This document shows, piece after piece, positions 51,501 to 64,000 of a stretch of DNA of 64,000 bases. Location of the stretch: NCBI GenBank assembly GCA_905178155.1, contig CAJINV010000008.1, positions 2,795,303-2,859,302 of the forward strand, written 5' to 3'. The position numbers and the translations under genes are program-made. This DNA comes from Amoebophrya sp. A120 (taxonomy: Eukaryota > Protista > Dinoflagellata). Position 1 is the first letter of the stretch. Every line of letters begins with the position of its first letter. The notes below the pieces were generated by a model, which worked only from the letters and a program-made list of their open reading frames with translations, searched no databases and had not been told where the DNA came from.

Positions 51501-51903
51501 CAAGACGCACACGCAGTTGAACGACTATTCGCAGGTGCCCCCGTATGCAAAAAGAAAGATGTTTCACTGGAAACTTGTACTGCGCTGGGATATGCAACAC
51601 GAAAACTGCTCTTCCTTGCGTTCCACGGGTTAGAATACTTGCAGCACAGGCTCTTCTATACGTTTTTTTACTCCAAGTACAGGAACTGAGCGAGGCAATC
51701 ATAGTTGTTGTTTCTCATATACACGACTGAAGAGCAGACCTTTATGTAATGATGCCATGTGCATCACCGTGCAAAATTAAAGTCGCCACAGTGAAGCAAT
51801 CTTTTCGCACGATACGACCGGGGACAGCAGCGCAACGGTGATAACGGAAGACATTTCGCTGCGGAATTTCATGGAGAGTCTCATCAAGTTCGCTGTCGCA
51901 TAG
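45569..51903 (+). CDS. SEC23: COPII coat subunit Sec23, interrupted by 10 introners and at least 6 other introns
   Basis: [132 protein letters not shown]. Confidence 0.97.
46456..46634. mobile_element. Introner (singleton), 179 bp
   Basis: Ends tgtcacacagaaaaaagcta / tagcttttttctgggata; DR gtacg; join gives TKQYGTQQI. Confidence 0.85.
46670..46931. mobile_element. Introner (family A), 262 bp
   Basis: Ends tatggattgcaaaaatgtctgggtctggaag / cttccagacccagacatttttacatttgata; DR cggcg. Confidence 0.93.
46979..47300. mobile_element. Introner (family B), 322 bp
   Basis: Ends tattgagaggaaaaatcccccctccccatat / atatggggaggggggatttttcattttgata; DR ggagt; join gives [10 protein letters not shown]. Confidence 0.93.
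47488..47795. mobile_element. Introner (singleton), 308 bp
   Basis: Near-perfect inner TIR gtcaggtttgaaatcgtcaaagttgaaata; DR ccggc (extends to ccacgccggc); join gives [11 protein letters not shown]. Confidence 0.9.
48715..48969. mobile_element. Introner (family A), 255 bp
   Basis: Ends tatcaattgcagaaatgtctgggtctggaa / ttccagacccagacatatttgcatttcata; DR gcaga; join gives DTQIGES. Confidence 0.92.
49440..49553. mobile_element. Minimal introner, 114 bp
   Basis: Ends tatccacaaaaaaagacccatccc / gggatcatttgtttttccctggata; DR agtgc; join gives FDQECAAVL. Confidence 0.85.
49724..50104. mobile_element. Old introner (family D-like), 381 bp
   Basis: Ends tatcctgagtgaat / attttgcccaggata; DR cactg; join gives [14 protein letters not shown]. 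Confidence 0.85.
50155..50499. mobile_element. Introner (family C, inverted relative to 34199), 345 bp
   Basis: Left end tatgaacatgaaaagtgccccacccc; degenerate right end ...cttttccgcatgata; flanks ttgaa/gggaa; join gives [13 protein letters not shown]. Confidence 0.82.
50728..50987. mobile_element. Introner (family A, inverted relative to 46670), 260 bp
   Basis: Ends tattaaatgcaaaaatgtctgggtctggaag / cttccacatatttgcaatccata; DR cgtgc; join gives GETVQEW. Confidence 0.9.
51031..51352. mobile_element. Introner (family B), 322 bp
   Basis: Colinear with 46979-47300; DR cggag; join gives LPEYANFK. Confidence 0.93.
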
Positions 51904-53313
51904 AGATGGCGTTTTTTTTGAAAATCTAGCCAGAGTTTTTGGATGCAAAAAAATTTTGCATTGTTCTTCACTTCAGTATCTTCCGTTTCGAAGAATCTAA
52001 CCTCAATCAGTTAGCAAATTCTGCTATGTTAACCATTTACTCGTTTGCGTTTTCAATACGATGAAAAATCTAACTCAAGATCTCGACAAAACTTTTTCAG
52101 AAAATATTTAACATGATTGCAAGGAGAAGCGGGTCAATTTTCGGTGTTGCTTTACTATTCAGGCCGCGAAAGCCAAAGCAAGACGGGTCAATGCATCCGT
52201 AGATGCGCAGTGTCTGCTCCTTAAGTCGATACCAGACGAGAAGACGCGGAATTTTTTGAGCTGCGGAGCAAAAATGCTGATCCTTATTAAGCTACGTAAG
52301 CAGTAGGCTCACCGAGCCATCGCAGCACTTCGCAATTCTATTCATCTATAAATAATGAACGTATTTTTAATTTTGCGAATGCGAGTTGATGCAGTTTGCA
52401 GTTGGCCGAACGCCAACCCCAAAGCCAGTACCAATTGCACATGTGCCGGAGCTGCTATATGAATACTTCGAAGTGGGTAACTGTAACTCCTTGTGTGGGA
52501 GGATGATATACTCCAAAGCGAGCGAGACCAAACGGCCTGCGCATATTCCTATCCTGTGAACTAGTACAAGGCTCTTGCGTAGTACTCGCACCGAGCGTGA
52601 TTGTGTTTTCGTGTCGCTTTTTCCGGCGGTCATCCTCTCAAGCGACGACGAGACAGCCATGGGAACCGTTTGCGCACTATATCCGATAAAAATTTTGTAT
52701 GCAAGATAACTTGTTCTGTGGAGCGTGTGTTAGATACACTCTTCTAGTCAGTATGCCATGTCTCTGCGCATGAGTAAGAGCAGGGGGAGTATTGGGAATA
52801 CTGAGTGAAGCAGCACAGGTTCTGCCAAAAATATGTCCGTGCTCTAGACTTTTTCCGATTCGTTTCTAGAATGAAAACATGTTCAACATGCAGAAATGCC
52901 TCAAATTTTATTAGAGACCTTTTCATGAATGTGATTGCTGGTGGCCACACTGCTAAAAAGTGCGCACGAGAGACGACGCCGATGATTTACTAGGCCTTTC
53001 AAAGTAGTCAGCACGACCGTCAAAAGACAGAAGAGAGCAGAGTCAGCTGCTGCAGCTCTGCTGCAGAGACAAAGCGTCAAAGCTGCACAAGTTTTGAACT
53101 TAAGCTCAGCACGCCAGGGCCGGCGCAACAAGATTCCGGATGCGCTGCGGTCCGTGGCGTAAACTGATATTGAGCGATTTGTGTCACTTCAATCTAAAGC
53201 TGCCTTAATAGGTCTTTCCGTTGCAGAAGGTGCGCGTGTGTCTTTGTGTCGTGCAGCAGCACTACTTGAAATACTTTGCTTGTTTGAGGTTCGCGTCTGC
53301 CCGTGAAGACAGG

Positions 53314-55358
53314 ATGTGGTCGCGCTCGTTGCGTATGCTTCCGATCGCACTGCTGCTGCAGGGCACTTCGACGGCAGCCACTGGCAGCTGCACCGCTAGC
53401 GAGATCATTCAGAGTGAAGTCGGCGGCTACGTGAACCAAGTCATGGCCGAGATGGTGCAGCGCGGGGCGATGTCCGTCGATGCTGCGATATCTATGGCGG
53501 GGAAAGTGAAGAATGATACTCGTGACGGTTTGCTGACGACGCCGCAGACCGCGATGCCGTCTCCGCTTCCGTACAAAGATGTGGCGTTTACCGCGGCTTA
53601 CGTTTTGCAGGAACTAAATACCCACTACCAGCCGTCGGACTGGCGCTGTACAAAGCAGGCCAGTCTGTTCGCTTCTGGGGCGCTCCTGGTGGTTCCGCAG
53701 CTGGTCCTGGAGGATTACCTCGGTTCCCAGCTACTTCCTTCTGCGGATTTCAGCTATTTGCGTGAGCCGGAAATGTGGACGCGCACCGTGGTGGCCGAGT
53801 GCATGATCCGGGAGGTTTTTTCGGCCGACACGATTGCCGAAGCGAATCAAAACGCCCTGTACCTCAACTCCGAGCTGTTGACAATGACGCGCGAGCAGTG
53901 GCTAGTGTGGGAAGCAGTGTCGGCCAGTACGCCCTTCGACGCGTCCGCTCTCACTGAAGATCTGTTTGAACACAAAATCCGCATGTATCAAGCCAAGTAC
54001 GGACCGGCGTTCGAGCAAATGACTTACAAGAGCGCCATCATCACTGTGGCCTTTCGGCAAGCACATGCCCGCAGCATCGGGCTCGATACCAGTACGGACT
54101 CGGAGATGCTGTACCAAAACGTGAAGTGGGCGAGTGACGTGATGGCAACCTACGGTGGAAATGCGCCCGCGCACCTGCGCAACATCCAAGTCGGCAGATT
54201 GGTGGAGACGCTTTCGCGTGCGTCGGCTTTCACCGCCTCCGCGGACCGGCGCAGTGTATCCCTGTACAATCAAGCAAACGGAATTTCATCCTTGAAGGGG
54301 TACGAAACTTACTACGCGGCCTTGAATTCCTTCTTTATCGTCAAGTTCGCCGACTTTCTCTTCAAAACCGTGTTTGCAGCCTCCTGTCCCCACTACCAAG
54401 ATTGGATCTCCACTAAATATCACTATGCATTGCAAATATCGGCTCTGGTCTGGAAACATGCAAGTTTGCGATGATCGTTCTGTGTGGCTGGACAGGAAAA
54501 ATAAAAAAAGGCATGTTTTATGACAGGAGGTAAATTGGTTAGACCCATTTGTTTCTTGCCGCGCTGCAGCAGAGAGGGGATCATTTGTCATGCCGTGACT
54601 ACAGATTCACTCTTTTTTTATGCTTTATTGCCTTTGATTTTGATAGCCGAAGAAGACGAACAGGCGCAGGGACGACAAGGCCCGAAATCTCCGATCTCAT
54701 GCGGAGTAAAGATAATGAAATGCAGCGGTCTTAGAGGATTGTGTTTGTGATGCTGTGCCATGCAGTGGAGACTTCTTTGGGCATGCTGGAGTACTACAGG
54801 CAAGGCTAGCATGAATAGCGTCTGCATCGTTCCAGACCCGGAGATGTTATCCTTGCAATGCATACCTTCATTACAAACTTGATTGCGCCGCTGATCAAGA
54901 AAGGGTCTGGAGTGGAAAACTACATGTGGTTCCGTGCCATGGCGTTGGAGGCGCGCGATTTGTGGGGAGACTACACAGCCTGCGGAGATAAACCGTCGAA
55001 GCCCCTCATCCCGAAAATCGAGCAGCTCATCAACCAGGGGCAGGTCGTTTCTGCCACAACTTCCGGAGCCGGTTCATCGGGAAGTAGTGACGGCACCGAC
55101 ACGAATAACATGAAGGACACGGCGATCGTTATCCTCGCGGTGTGCGTCGGTGTAGCCCTCTTTGGGATCCTGTTCGGCAGCGTGGCCGTGCTGAACCTGG
55201 TGAAGCTGACACGGCAGCACGGCACCGGGCTCAGCGGTGCGTCCGGCAAATCCAGCGAAGAATCGTCTACGAATTTAGCTACTGCAAAGCCCCTGGACTG
55301 CGCGAGCCCCGACTGTGTTTTGGTGAAGTTGCCGGCCACTGGGGAGGCGAAACAATAG
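53314..55358 (+). CDS. Secreted/type-I membrane protein of unknown family, copy 1 (exons 53314-54423, 54870-55358)
   Basis: Signal-peptide-like MWSRSLRMLPIALLLQGTSTA, S/G linker, TM AIVILAVCVGVALFGILFGSVAVLNLV. In frame after removing the introner plus 5 nt. Confidence 0.8.
54424..54864. mobile_element. Introner (family A), 441 bp, DR decayed
   Basis: Ends tatgcattgcaaatatcggctctggtctggaa / ttccagacccggagatgttatccttgcaatgcata; flanks atcac/ccttc. Confidence 0.8.
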
Positions 55359-56776
55359 TTGGACAAGATGGAGGAACAACACAGGCGAACGGGGCTGGCG
55401 TTCTCGAGTCAGCTCGTCGCGACGCGTGGTACTAATTTGTTCCTGGAACGCCTGATATGATTGTGCAATAGTAGCGCTTCTTGATCCTCTATTGCAGCTT
55501 TGTGATTTTTTTCTGCGCACTTCGTGCCGGCAGCCTATTCTCTTCTCTTAATCAGGTACTACGTTTGCAAAGGCAAGTGGATACCAGCCCGGCCTTCTTG
55601 ACGAGGAGTGCGACAGTCACCACGTAGTCTCTGTCCGCTGCCGCTTTCGTTCTCAACAAGAAAGCTTTCGCATTTATATTTTTGTTTATTCCTTCGTTTG
55701 TCCGTATGCCTACATGTAGATGTACATGCGATCTATGATAGGGGTAGCTCGTCTCAGCATAACTTTGCGTTTTTTCAAAATGGTTGAAAGTACAAACGTC
55801 GATAATAGGGTCCACGAAGCTTGGCCTTCTGTTGCATGTTCGGACTTTTTAGAAGGCTTGGAAATTTGTCATGTATAGTGTAGGCCGTCCTCCTACACTG
55901 TTATCGTTTATTCTTCAGGGTCAGATCAGTAGCTCTAGCTCCTGCTACACCTTTTATTTTTGCATGACTCTTCGCTGTAATTTCTCATGGTCAGTTCGGT
56001 AGCATCAGCTACTCCTTCTAGTTTTACCCTCGTTTTTCTCCTCCAGGGACGCTGGGAACCTCGCCACTGATGAGTTCACCAGGGTTCTTTGAGCTATTAT
56101 GGGTTTCGCTGTGCATTGTTATATTTTTCTGTGACACATCTGAGAAGGAGGAAACTTGACATGAATAGGGTTCGAGGTCGTTACTTTTTTTTTGCATCCT
56201 TGTCCCCGACGAAACATAAAAATGAACGCCAATCACACACCAAGACTCATATTATTTATAGAAAACTGCATTGCAGCTTGCCTAACGACCGCGCAATTAG
56301 TGTCGGCGGATCAAAATAGATCGCCCCACTGCTTAGATTTGGGCCTATGCAAAAAATTGTTCTGCAGATTCTGACTCACTTGCCAGAACAAAGCGCCACA
56401 TATTTTTTATGCGCGCGAGAGAGGACGCCATGGGCTTACTGGCCCTTTCAAAGTAGCTAGTACCCTTAAAAGGTAAAGAGGGCAAAGTCTGTCAGCTGCT
56501 GTAGCTTTGTATCTGTTGCAGAGAGAAAACGTCAAAGCTGCATAAGTTTGACTCAAGCCCAGGACTTCTCCAGGACCGGCGCAACAAGATTCCGGATGCG
56601 CTACGGTCCGTGTCGCAGACTGATATGGACGCATTTGATGTGCCACTTCAATCTAAAGCTGCCTTAGGTCTTTTAGGTACAGAAGGTGCGCGTGTGTCTT
56701 TGTGTCGTGCATCAGCACTAAGTACTTGCAATACTAATACTTTGCCTTGAGGTTCGCGTCTGCCCGTGAAGACAGG

Positions 56777-58814
56777 ATGTGGTCGCGCTCGTTGCGGATG
56801 CTTCCGATCGCACTGCTGCTGCAGGGCACTTCGACGGCAGCCACTGGCAGCTGCACCGCTAGCGAGACCATTCAGAGTGAAGTCGGCGGCTACGTGAACC
56901 AAGTCATGGCCGAGATGGTGCAGCGCGGGGCGATGTCCGTCGATGCTGCGATATCTATGGCGGGGAAAGTGAAGAATGATACTCGTGACGGGTTGCTGAC
57001 GACGCCGCAGACCGCGATGCCGTCGCCGCTTCCGTACAAAGATGTGGCGTTTACCGCGGCCGACGTTTTGCAGGAACTAAATACCCACTACCAGCCGTCG
57101 GACTGGCGCTGTACAAAGCAGGCCAGTCTGTTCGCTTCTGGGGCGCGCCTGGTGGTTCCGCAGCTGGTCCTGGAGGATTACCTCGGCTCCCAGCTACTTC
57201 CTTCTGCGGATTTCAGCTATTTGCGTGAGCCGGAAATGTGGACGCGCACCGTGGTGGCCGAGTGCATGATCCGGGAGGTTTTTTCGGCCGACACGATTGC
57301 CGAAGCGAAGCAAAACGCCCTGTACCTCAACTCCGAGCTGTTGACAATGACGCGCGAGCAGTGGCTAGTGTGGGAAGCAGTGTCGGCCAGTACGCCCTTC
57401 GACGCGTCCGCTCTCACTGAAGATCTGTTTGAACACAAAATCCGCATGTATCAAGCCAAGTACGGACCGGCGTTCGAGCAAATGACTTACAAGAGCGCCA
57501 TCATCACTGTGGCCTTTCGGCAAGCACATGCCCGCAGCATCGGGCTCGATACCAGTACGGACTCGGAGATGCTGTACCAAAACGTGAAGTGGGCGAGTGA
57601 CGTGATGGCAACCTACGGTGGAAATGCGCCCGCGCACCTGCGCAACATCCAAGTCGGCAGATTGGTGGAGACGCTTTCGCGTGCGTCGGCTTTCACCGCC
57701 TCCGCGGACCGGCGCAGTGTATCCCTGTACAATCAAGCAAACGGAATTTCATCCTTGAAGGGGTACGAAACTTACTACGCGGCCTTGAATTCCTTCTTTA
57801 TCGTCAAGTTCGCCGACTTTCTCTTCAAAACCGTGTTTGCAGCCTCCTGTCCCCACTACCAAGACTGGATCTCCACTAAATATCACTATGCATTGCAAAT
57901 ATCGGCTCTGGTCTGGAAACATGCAAGTTTGCGATGATCGTTCTGTGTGGCTGGACAGGAAAAATAAAAAAAGGCATGTTTTATGACAGGAGGTAAATTG
58001 GTTAGACCCATTTGTTTCTTGCCGCGCTGCAGCAGAGAGGGGATCATTTGTCATGCCGTGACTACAGATTCACTTTTTTTTTTATGCTTTATTGCCTTTG
58101 ATTTTGATAGCCGAAAAAGACGAACAACGACGACAAGGCATTGAATCTCCGATGTCATGCGGAGTAAAAATAATGAATTGCAGCGGTCTTGGAGGACGTG
58201 TGATGCTGTGCCATCATGCAATTGAGACTTCTTTGGGCATGCTGGAGTACTACAGGCAAGGCTAGCATGAATAGCGTCTGCATCGTTCCAGACCCGGAGA
58301 TGTTATCCTTGCAATGCATACCTTCATTACAAACTTGATTGCGCCGCTGATCAAGAAAGGGTCTGGAGTGGAAAACTACATGTGGTTCCGTGCCATGGCG
58401 TTGGAGGCGCGCGATTTGTGGGGAGACTACACAGCCTGCGGAGATAAACCGTCGAAGCCCCTCATCCCGAAAATCGAGCAGCTCATCAACCAGGGGCAGG
58501 TCGTTTCTGCCACAACTTCCGGAGCCGGATCATCGGGAAGTAGTGACGGCACCGACACGAATAACATGAAGGACACGGCGATCGTTATCCTCGCGGTGTG
58601 CGTCGGGGTAGCCCTCTGCGGGATCCTGTTCGGCAGCGTGGCCGTGCTGAACCTGGTGAAGCTGACACGGCAGCACGGCACCGGGCTCAGCGGTGCGTCC
58701 GGCAAATCCAGCGAAGAATCGTCTACGAATTTAGCTACTGCAAAGCCCCTGGACTGCGCGAGCCCCGACTGTGTTTTGGTGAAGTTGCCGGCCACTGGGG
58801 AGGCGAAACAATAG
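56777..58814 (+). CDS. Tandem membrane protein, copy 2
   Basis: Near-identical to copy 1. Confidence 0.8.
57887..58320. mobile_element. Introner (family A), 434 bp, duplicated with the gene
   Basis: Same site and TIRs as 54424-54864. Confidence 0.8.
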
Positions 58815-60232
58815 TTGGACAAGATGGAGGAACAACACAGGCGAACGGGGCTGGCGTTCTCGAGTCAGCTCGTCGCGACGCGTGGTACTAATTTGTTCCT
58901 GGAACGCCTGATATGATTGTGCAATAGTAGCGCTTCTTGATCCTCTATTGCAGCTTTGTGATTTTTTTCTGCGCACTTCGTGCCGGCAGCCTATTCTCTT
59001 CTCTTAATCAGGTACTACGTTTGCAAAGGCAAGTGGATACCAGCCCGGCCTTCTTGACGAGGAGTGCGACAGTCACCACGTAGTCTCTGTCCGCTGCCGC
59101 TTTCGTTCTCAACAAGAAAGCTTTCGCATTTATATTTTTGTTTATTCCTTCGTTTGTCCGTATGCCTACATGTAGATGTACATGCGATCTATGATAGGGG
59201 TAGCTCGTCTCAGCATAACTTTGCGTTTTTTCAAAATGGTTGAAAGTACAAACGTCGATAATAGGGTCCACGAAGCTTGGCCTTCTGTTGCATGTTCGGA
59301 CTTTTTAGAAGGCTTGGAAATTTGTCATGTATAGTGTAGGCCGTCCTCCTACACTGTTATCGTTTATTCTTCAGGGTCAGATCAGTAGCTCTAGCTCCTG
59401 CTACACCTTTTATTTTTGCATGACTCTTCGCTGTAATTTCTCATGGTCAGTTCGGTAGCATCAGCTACTCCTTCTAGTTTTACCCTCGTTTTTCTCCTCC
59501 AGGGACGCTGGGAACCTCGCCACTGATGAGTTCACCAGGGTTCTTTGAGCTATTATGGGTTTCGCTGTGCATTGTTATATTTTTCTGTGACACATCTGAG
59601 AAGGAGGAAACTTGACATGAATAGGGTTCGAGGTCGTTACTTTTTTTTTGCATCCTTGTCCCCGACGAAACATAAAAATGAACGCCAATCACACACCAAG
59701 ACTCATATTATTTATAGAAAACTGCATTGCAGCTTGCCTAACGACCGCGCAATTAGTGTCGGCGGATCAAAATAGATCGCCCCACTGCTTAGATTTGGGC
59801 CTATGCAAAAAATTGTTCTGCAGATTCTGACTCACTTGCCAGAACAAAGCGCCACATATTTTTTATGCGCGCGAGAGAGGACGCCATGGGCTTACTGGCC
59901 CTTTCAAAGTAGCTAGTACCCTTAAAAGGTAAAGAGGGCAAAGTCTGTCAGCTGCTGTAGCTTTGTATCTGTTGCAGAGAGAAAACGTCAAAGCTGCATA
60001 AGTTTGACTCAAGCCCAGGACTTCTCCAGGACCGGCGCAACAAGATTCCGGATGCGCTACGGTCCGTGTCGCAGACTGATATGGACGCATTTGATGTGCC
60101 ACTTCAATCTAAAGCTGCCTTAGGTCTTTTAGGTACAGAAGGTGCGCGTGTGTCTTTGTGTCGTGCATCAGCACTAAGTACTTGCAATACTAATACTTTG
60201 CCTTGAGGTTCGCGTCTGCCCGTGAAGACAGG

Positions 60233-62291
60233 ATGTGGTCGCGCTCGTTGCGGATGCTTCCGATCGCACTGCTGCTGCAGGGCACTTCGACGGCAGCCAC
60301 TGGCAGCTGCACCGCTAGCGAGACCATTCAGAGTGAAGTCGGCGGCTACGTGAACCAAGTCATGGCCGAGATGGTGCAGCGCGGGGCGATGTCCGTCGAT
60401 GCTGCGATATCTATGGCGGGGAAAGTGAAGAATGATACTCGTGACGGGTTGCTGACGACGCCGCAGACCGCGATGCCGTCGCCGCTTCCGTACAAAGATG
60501 TGGCGTTTACCGCGGCCGACGTTTTGCAGGAACTAAATACCCACTACCAGCCGTCGGACTGGCGCTGTACAAAGCAGGCCAGTCTGTTCGCTTCTGGGGC
60601 GCGCCTGGTGGTTCCGCAGCTGGTCCTGGAGGATTACCTCGGCTCCCAGCTACTTCCTTCTGCGGATTTCAGCTATTTGCGTGAGCCGGAAATGTGGACG
60701 CGCACCGTGGTGGCCGAGTGCATGATCCGGGAGGTTTTTTCGGCCGACACGATTGCCGAAGCGAAGCAAAACGCCCTGTACCTCAACTCCGAGCTGTTGA
60801 CAATGACGCGCGAGCAGTGGCTAGTGTGGGAAGCAGTGTCGGCCAGTACGCCCTTCGACGCGTCCGCTCTCACTGAAGATCTGTTTGAACACAAAATCCG
60901 CATGTATCAAGCCAAGTACGGACCGGCGTTCGAGCAAATGACTTACAAGAGCGCCATCATCACTGTGGCCTTTCGGCAAGCACATGCCCGCAGCATCGGG
61001 CTCGATACCAGTACGGACTCGGAGATGCTGTACCAAAACGTGAAGTGGGCGAGTGACGTGATGGCAACCTACGGTGGAAATGCGCCCGCGCACCTGCGCA
61101 ACATCCAAGTCGGCAGATTGGTGGAGACGCTTTCGCGTGCGTCGGCTTTCACCGCCTCCGCGGACCGGCGCAGTGTATCCCTGTACAATCAAGCAAACGG
61201 AATTTCATCCTTGAAGGGGTACGAAACTTACTACGCGGCCTTGAATTCCTTCTTTATCGTCAAGTTCGCCGACTTTCTCTTCAAAACCGTGTTTGCAGCC
61301 TCCTGTCCCCACTACCAAGACTGGATCTCCACTAAATATCACTATGCATTGCAAATATCGGCTCTGGTCTGGAAACATGCAAGTTTGCGATGATCGTTCT
61401 GTGTGGCTGGACAGGAAAAATAAAAAAAGGCATGTTTTATGACAGGAGGTAAATTGGTTAGACCCATTTGTTTCTTGCCGCGCTGCAGCAGAGAGGGGAT
61501 CATTTGTCATGCCGTGACTACAGATTCACTTTTTTTTTTATGCTTTATTGCCTTTGATTTTGATAGCCGAAAAAGACGAACAACGACGACAAGGCATTGA
61601 ATCTCCGATGTCATGCGGAGTAAAAATAATGAATTGCAGCGGTCTTGGAGGACGTGTGATGCTGTGCCATCATGCAATTGAGACTTCTTTGGGCATGCTG
61701 GAGTACTACAGGCAAGGCTAGCATGAATAGCGTCTGCATCGTTCCAGACCCGGAGATGTTATCCTTGCAATGCATACCTTCATTACAAACTTGATTGCGC
61801 CGCTGATCAAGAAAGGGTCTGGAGTGGAAAACTACATGTGGTTCCGTGCCATGGCGTTGGAGGCGCGCGATTTGTGGGGAGACTACACAGCCTGCGGAGA
61901 TAAACCGTCGAAGCCCCTCATCCCGAAAATCGAGCAGCTCATCAACCAGGGGCAGGTCGTTTCTGCCACAACTTCCGGAGCCGGATCATCGGGAAGTAGT
62001 GACGGCACCGACACGAATAACATGAAGGACACGGCGATCGTTATCCTCGCGGTGTGCGTCGGTGTAGCCCTCTTTGGGATCCTGTTCGGCAGCGTGGCCG
62101 TGTTGAACCTGGTGAAGCTCACACGGCAGCACGGCAACGGGCTCAGCGGTGCGTCCGGCAAATCCAGCGAAGAATCGTCTACGAATCTAGCTACTGCAAA
62201 GCCCCTGGACTGTGTGGGCGAGACGGTAAACCCGGACGCAGTTCTTGTGTCTATTTCGCGCGGGGAGCAGGCAAGCAAACCCATCAAGTAA
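60233..62291 (+). CDS. Tandem membrane protein, copy 3 (alternative C-terminal tail)
   Basis: Essentially identical to copy 2 until ...KPLDC, then VGETVNPDAVLVSISRGEQASKPIK*. Confidence 0.8.
61343..61776. mobile_element. Introner (family A), 434 bp, duplicated with the gene
   Basis: Matches 57887-58320. Confidence 0.8.
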
Positions 62292-63733
62292 GCCGGTCCA
62301 ATGATGTGAAAAGGAAACGCTTCTGTATAAGTATTTCGCTGTTTGACTGTAGACTGATGCATAGCACTGAATTGCAAAACGGTTTCACGTGTTAACGTCG
62401 TTGCAATTTTCACTACTCAACGTTGTTCATTGATCGACTTGTCTCTTCCTCGTATCTGAACGCGAAATACAAATACGCCAGAAAAGCAGGTCGCGAGAGT
62501 AGCATCATCCGGCGAGGATTCCGTATACCACAGATCAGTTTTGTCCATATCAAACGTTTGTAATCATGTACACGCTGAGCCGCACCCTGTGCGAATTTTC
62601 CTTCCGTTTCCAATGTCGTTGCAGTCTTCCCAGCGGCTTTTTTCGGAAACGCTATACCTGGCAGACCTGTCATACTTACTTGAACTTCTCGGAGCGACAT
62701 ATTCTACTGTTCATAGCATTTCATTCGAGGAGGAGGACAGTGCCTGTTACATAAACATGAAAACAAAAACTTTGATTCGTATCGAAAATTTTTCAAAAAG
62801 CATTTCATTGCGCGTAGCGCCATATGTCGCCTGATTCCCTCACTAATCACAAGGATTAAGTCCAGACTTCTATCTACTTTTTTTTTGCCGAAGTCTTGAG
62901 GCTGTTTTCTTTTCTTTTCGTCGTTTATGTGACGGTGAGAACGGCACCCACGACCCCGCTATGCTTTTCCGTGCGTGCTCCTATCACGACAGTCGCACGA
63001 AACGACAGCCAATTTCTCATGCGCCAAAACTTTATCTTGTTTAGTATTTTTTTTTGCCGATGATGGTGCAACAAGCCAGTGCAACTCATTCTTCAAAGAA
63101 ACCATAACAAAAATGAAAATGAATTCAAAGGTTTTTCCTGTTTAAGGTAGACTGAATATCCATAATTTATTTGAATTTTTGAGTGTTCAAAACGACGACG
63201 AACTGAAGCTGTAGTAAAACGCAAAGATGATGTGATGCGACTACTTACATGCTAAGGTCCGGCAGTAGGAGGACGGGGTTTCTAGCATGAAAACATGTTC
63301 AACATGCAGAAATGCCTCAAATTTAATTAGAGACCTTTATGAATGTGATTGCTGGTGGCGACACTGCTAAAAAGTGCGCACGAGAGATGACGCCAATGAT
63401 TTACTGGGCCTTTCAAAGTAGTCAGCACGACCGTCAAAAGACATAAGAGAGCAAAGTCAGCTGCTGCAGGTCTGCTGCAGAGACGAAGCGTCAAAGCTGC
63501 ACAAGTTTTAAATTCAAGCTCAGGACTCCAGGGCCGGCGCAACAAGATTCCGGATGCGCTACGGTCCGTGTCGCAGACTGATATGGACGCATTTGTGCCA
63601 CTTCAATCTAAAGCGCTGCCTTAGGTCTTTTGGGTGCAGAAGGTGCGCGTGTGTCTTTGTGTCGTGCAGCAGCACTAAGTACTTGAAATATTCATACTTT
63701 GCCTTGAGTTTCGCGTCTGCCCGTGAAGACAGG

Positions 63734-64000
63734 ATGTGGTCGCGCTCGTTGCGGATGCTTCCGATCGCACTGCTGCTGCAGGGCACTTCGACGGCAGCCA
63801 CTGGCAGCTGCACCGCTAGCGAGACCATTCAGAGTGAAGTCGGCGGCTACGTGAACCAAGTCATGGCCGAGATGGTGCAGCGCGGGGCGATGTCCGTCGA
63901 TGCTGCGATATCTATGGCGGGGAAAGTGAAGAATGATACTCGTGACGGGTTGCTGACGACGCCGCAGACCGCGATGCCGTCGCCGCTTCCGTACAAAGAT
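63734..64000 (+). CDS. Tandem membrane protein, copy 4 (truncated by window end)
   Basis: MWSRSLRMLPIALLLQG... start repeated. Confidence 0.8.
   Translation, partial: MWSRSLRMLPIALLLQGTSTAATGSCTASETIQSEVGGYVNQVMAEMVQRGAMSVDAAISMAGKVKNDTRDGLLTTPQTAMPSPLPYKD

Larger units (their letters stand above)
52860..64000. repeat. Tandem gene array, ~3456-bp unit, three full copies plus the start of a fourth
   Basis: ORFs recur at an exact offset of 3456 (56747/60203, 58314/61770). Copy 1 is slightly diverged. Confidence 0.95.

Noticed and set aside
51521-51818. Last Sec23 intron as an introner (cgac repeats)
   Set aside because: No convincing TIR, and boundaries are unresolved without cDNA.

Overview
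Eukaryotic, intron-rich protist DNA, most consistent with a parasitic dinoflagellate relative (Syndiniales, Amoebophrya-like; this is an inference from intron architecture and gene-block layout). Genes form two unidirectional blocks. The minus-strand block (1-24 kb) holds an HMG-like fragment, a DHHC palmitoyltransferase, an LRR+DUF2431/Bmt5 fusion, RanBP2-ZnF and low-complexity ORFs, and a DnaJ membrane protein. The plus-strand block (29-64 kb) holds WD40, TBC RabGAP, MYND, a 5'-truncated LINE with a 14-bp TSD, dynein light chain LC8, Sec23 and a 3.46-kb tandem array of a secreted/type-I membrane protein. A 31-bp-periodic GC/A-tract satellite lies between the two blocks. The dominant signal is 24 MITE-like 'introner' insertions inside coding exons (4 families plus singletons; 10 in Sec23 alone). 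Each has TA...TA-type terminal inverted repeats and, in most cases, a 5-nt flanking direct repeat. Removing the element plus 5 nt restores the conserved protein, although most copies lack GT-AG. Copies of one family occur in both orientations relative to transcription, the direct repeats are better conserved than the TIRs, unrelated families share an internal TGTCATGCA-like motif, and insertion phase is biased. Together these point to a structure-guided, non-canonical splicing/mobility system. All analysis was done by eye, without RNA data.
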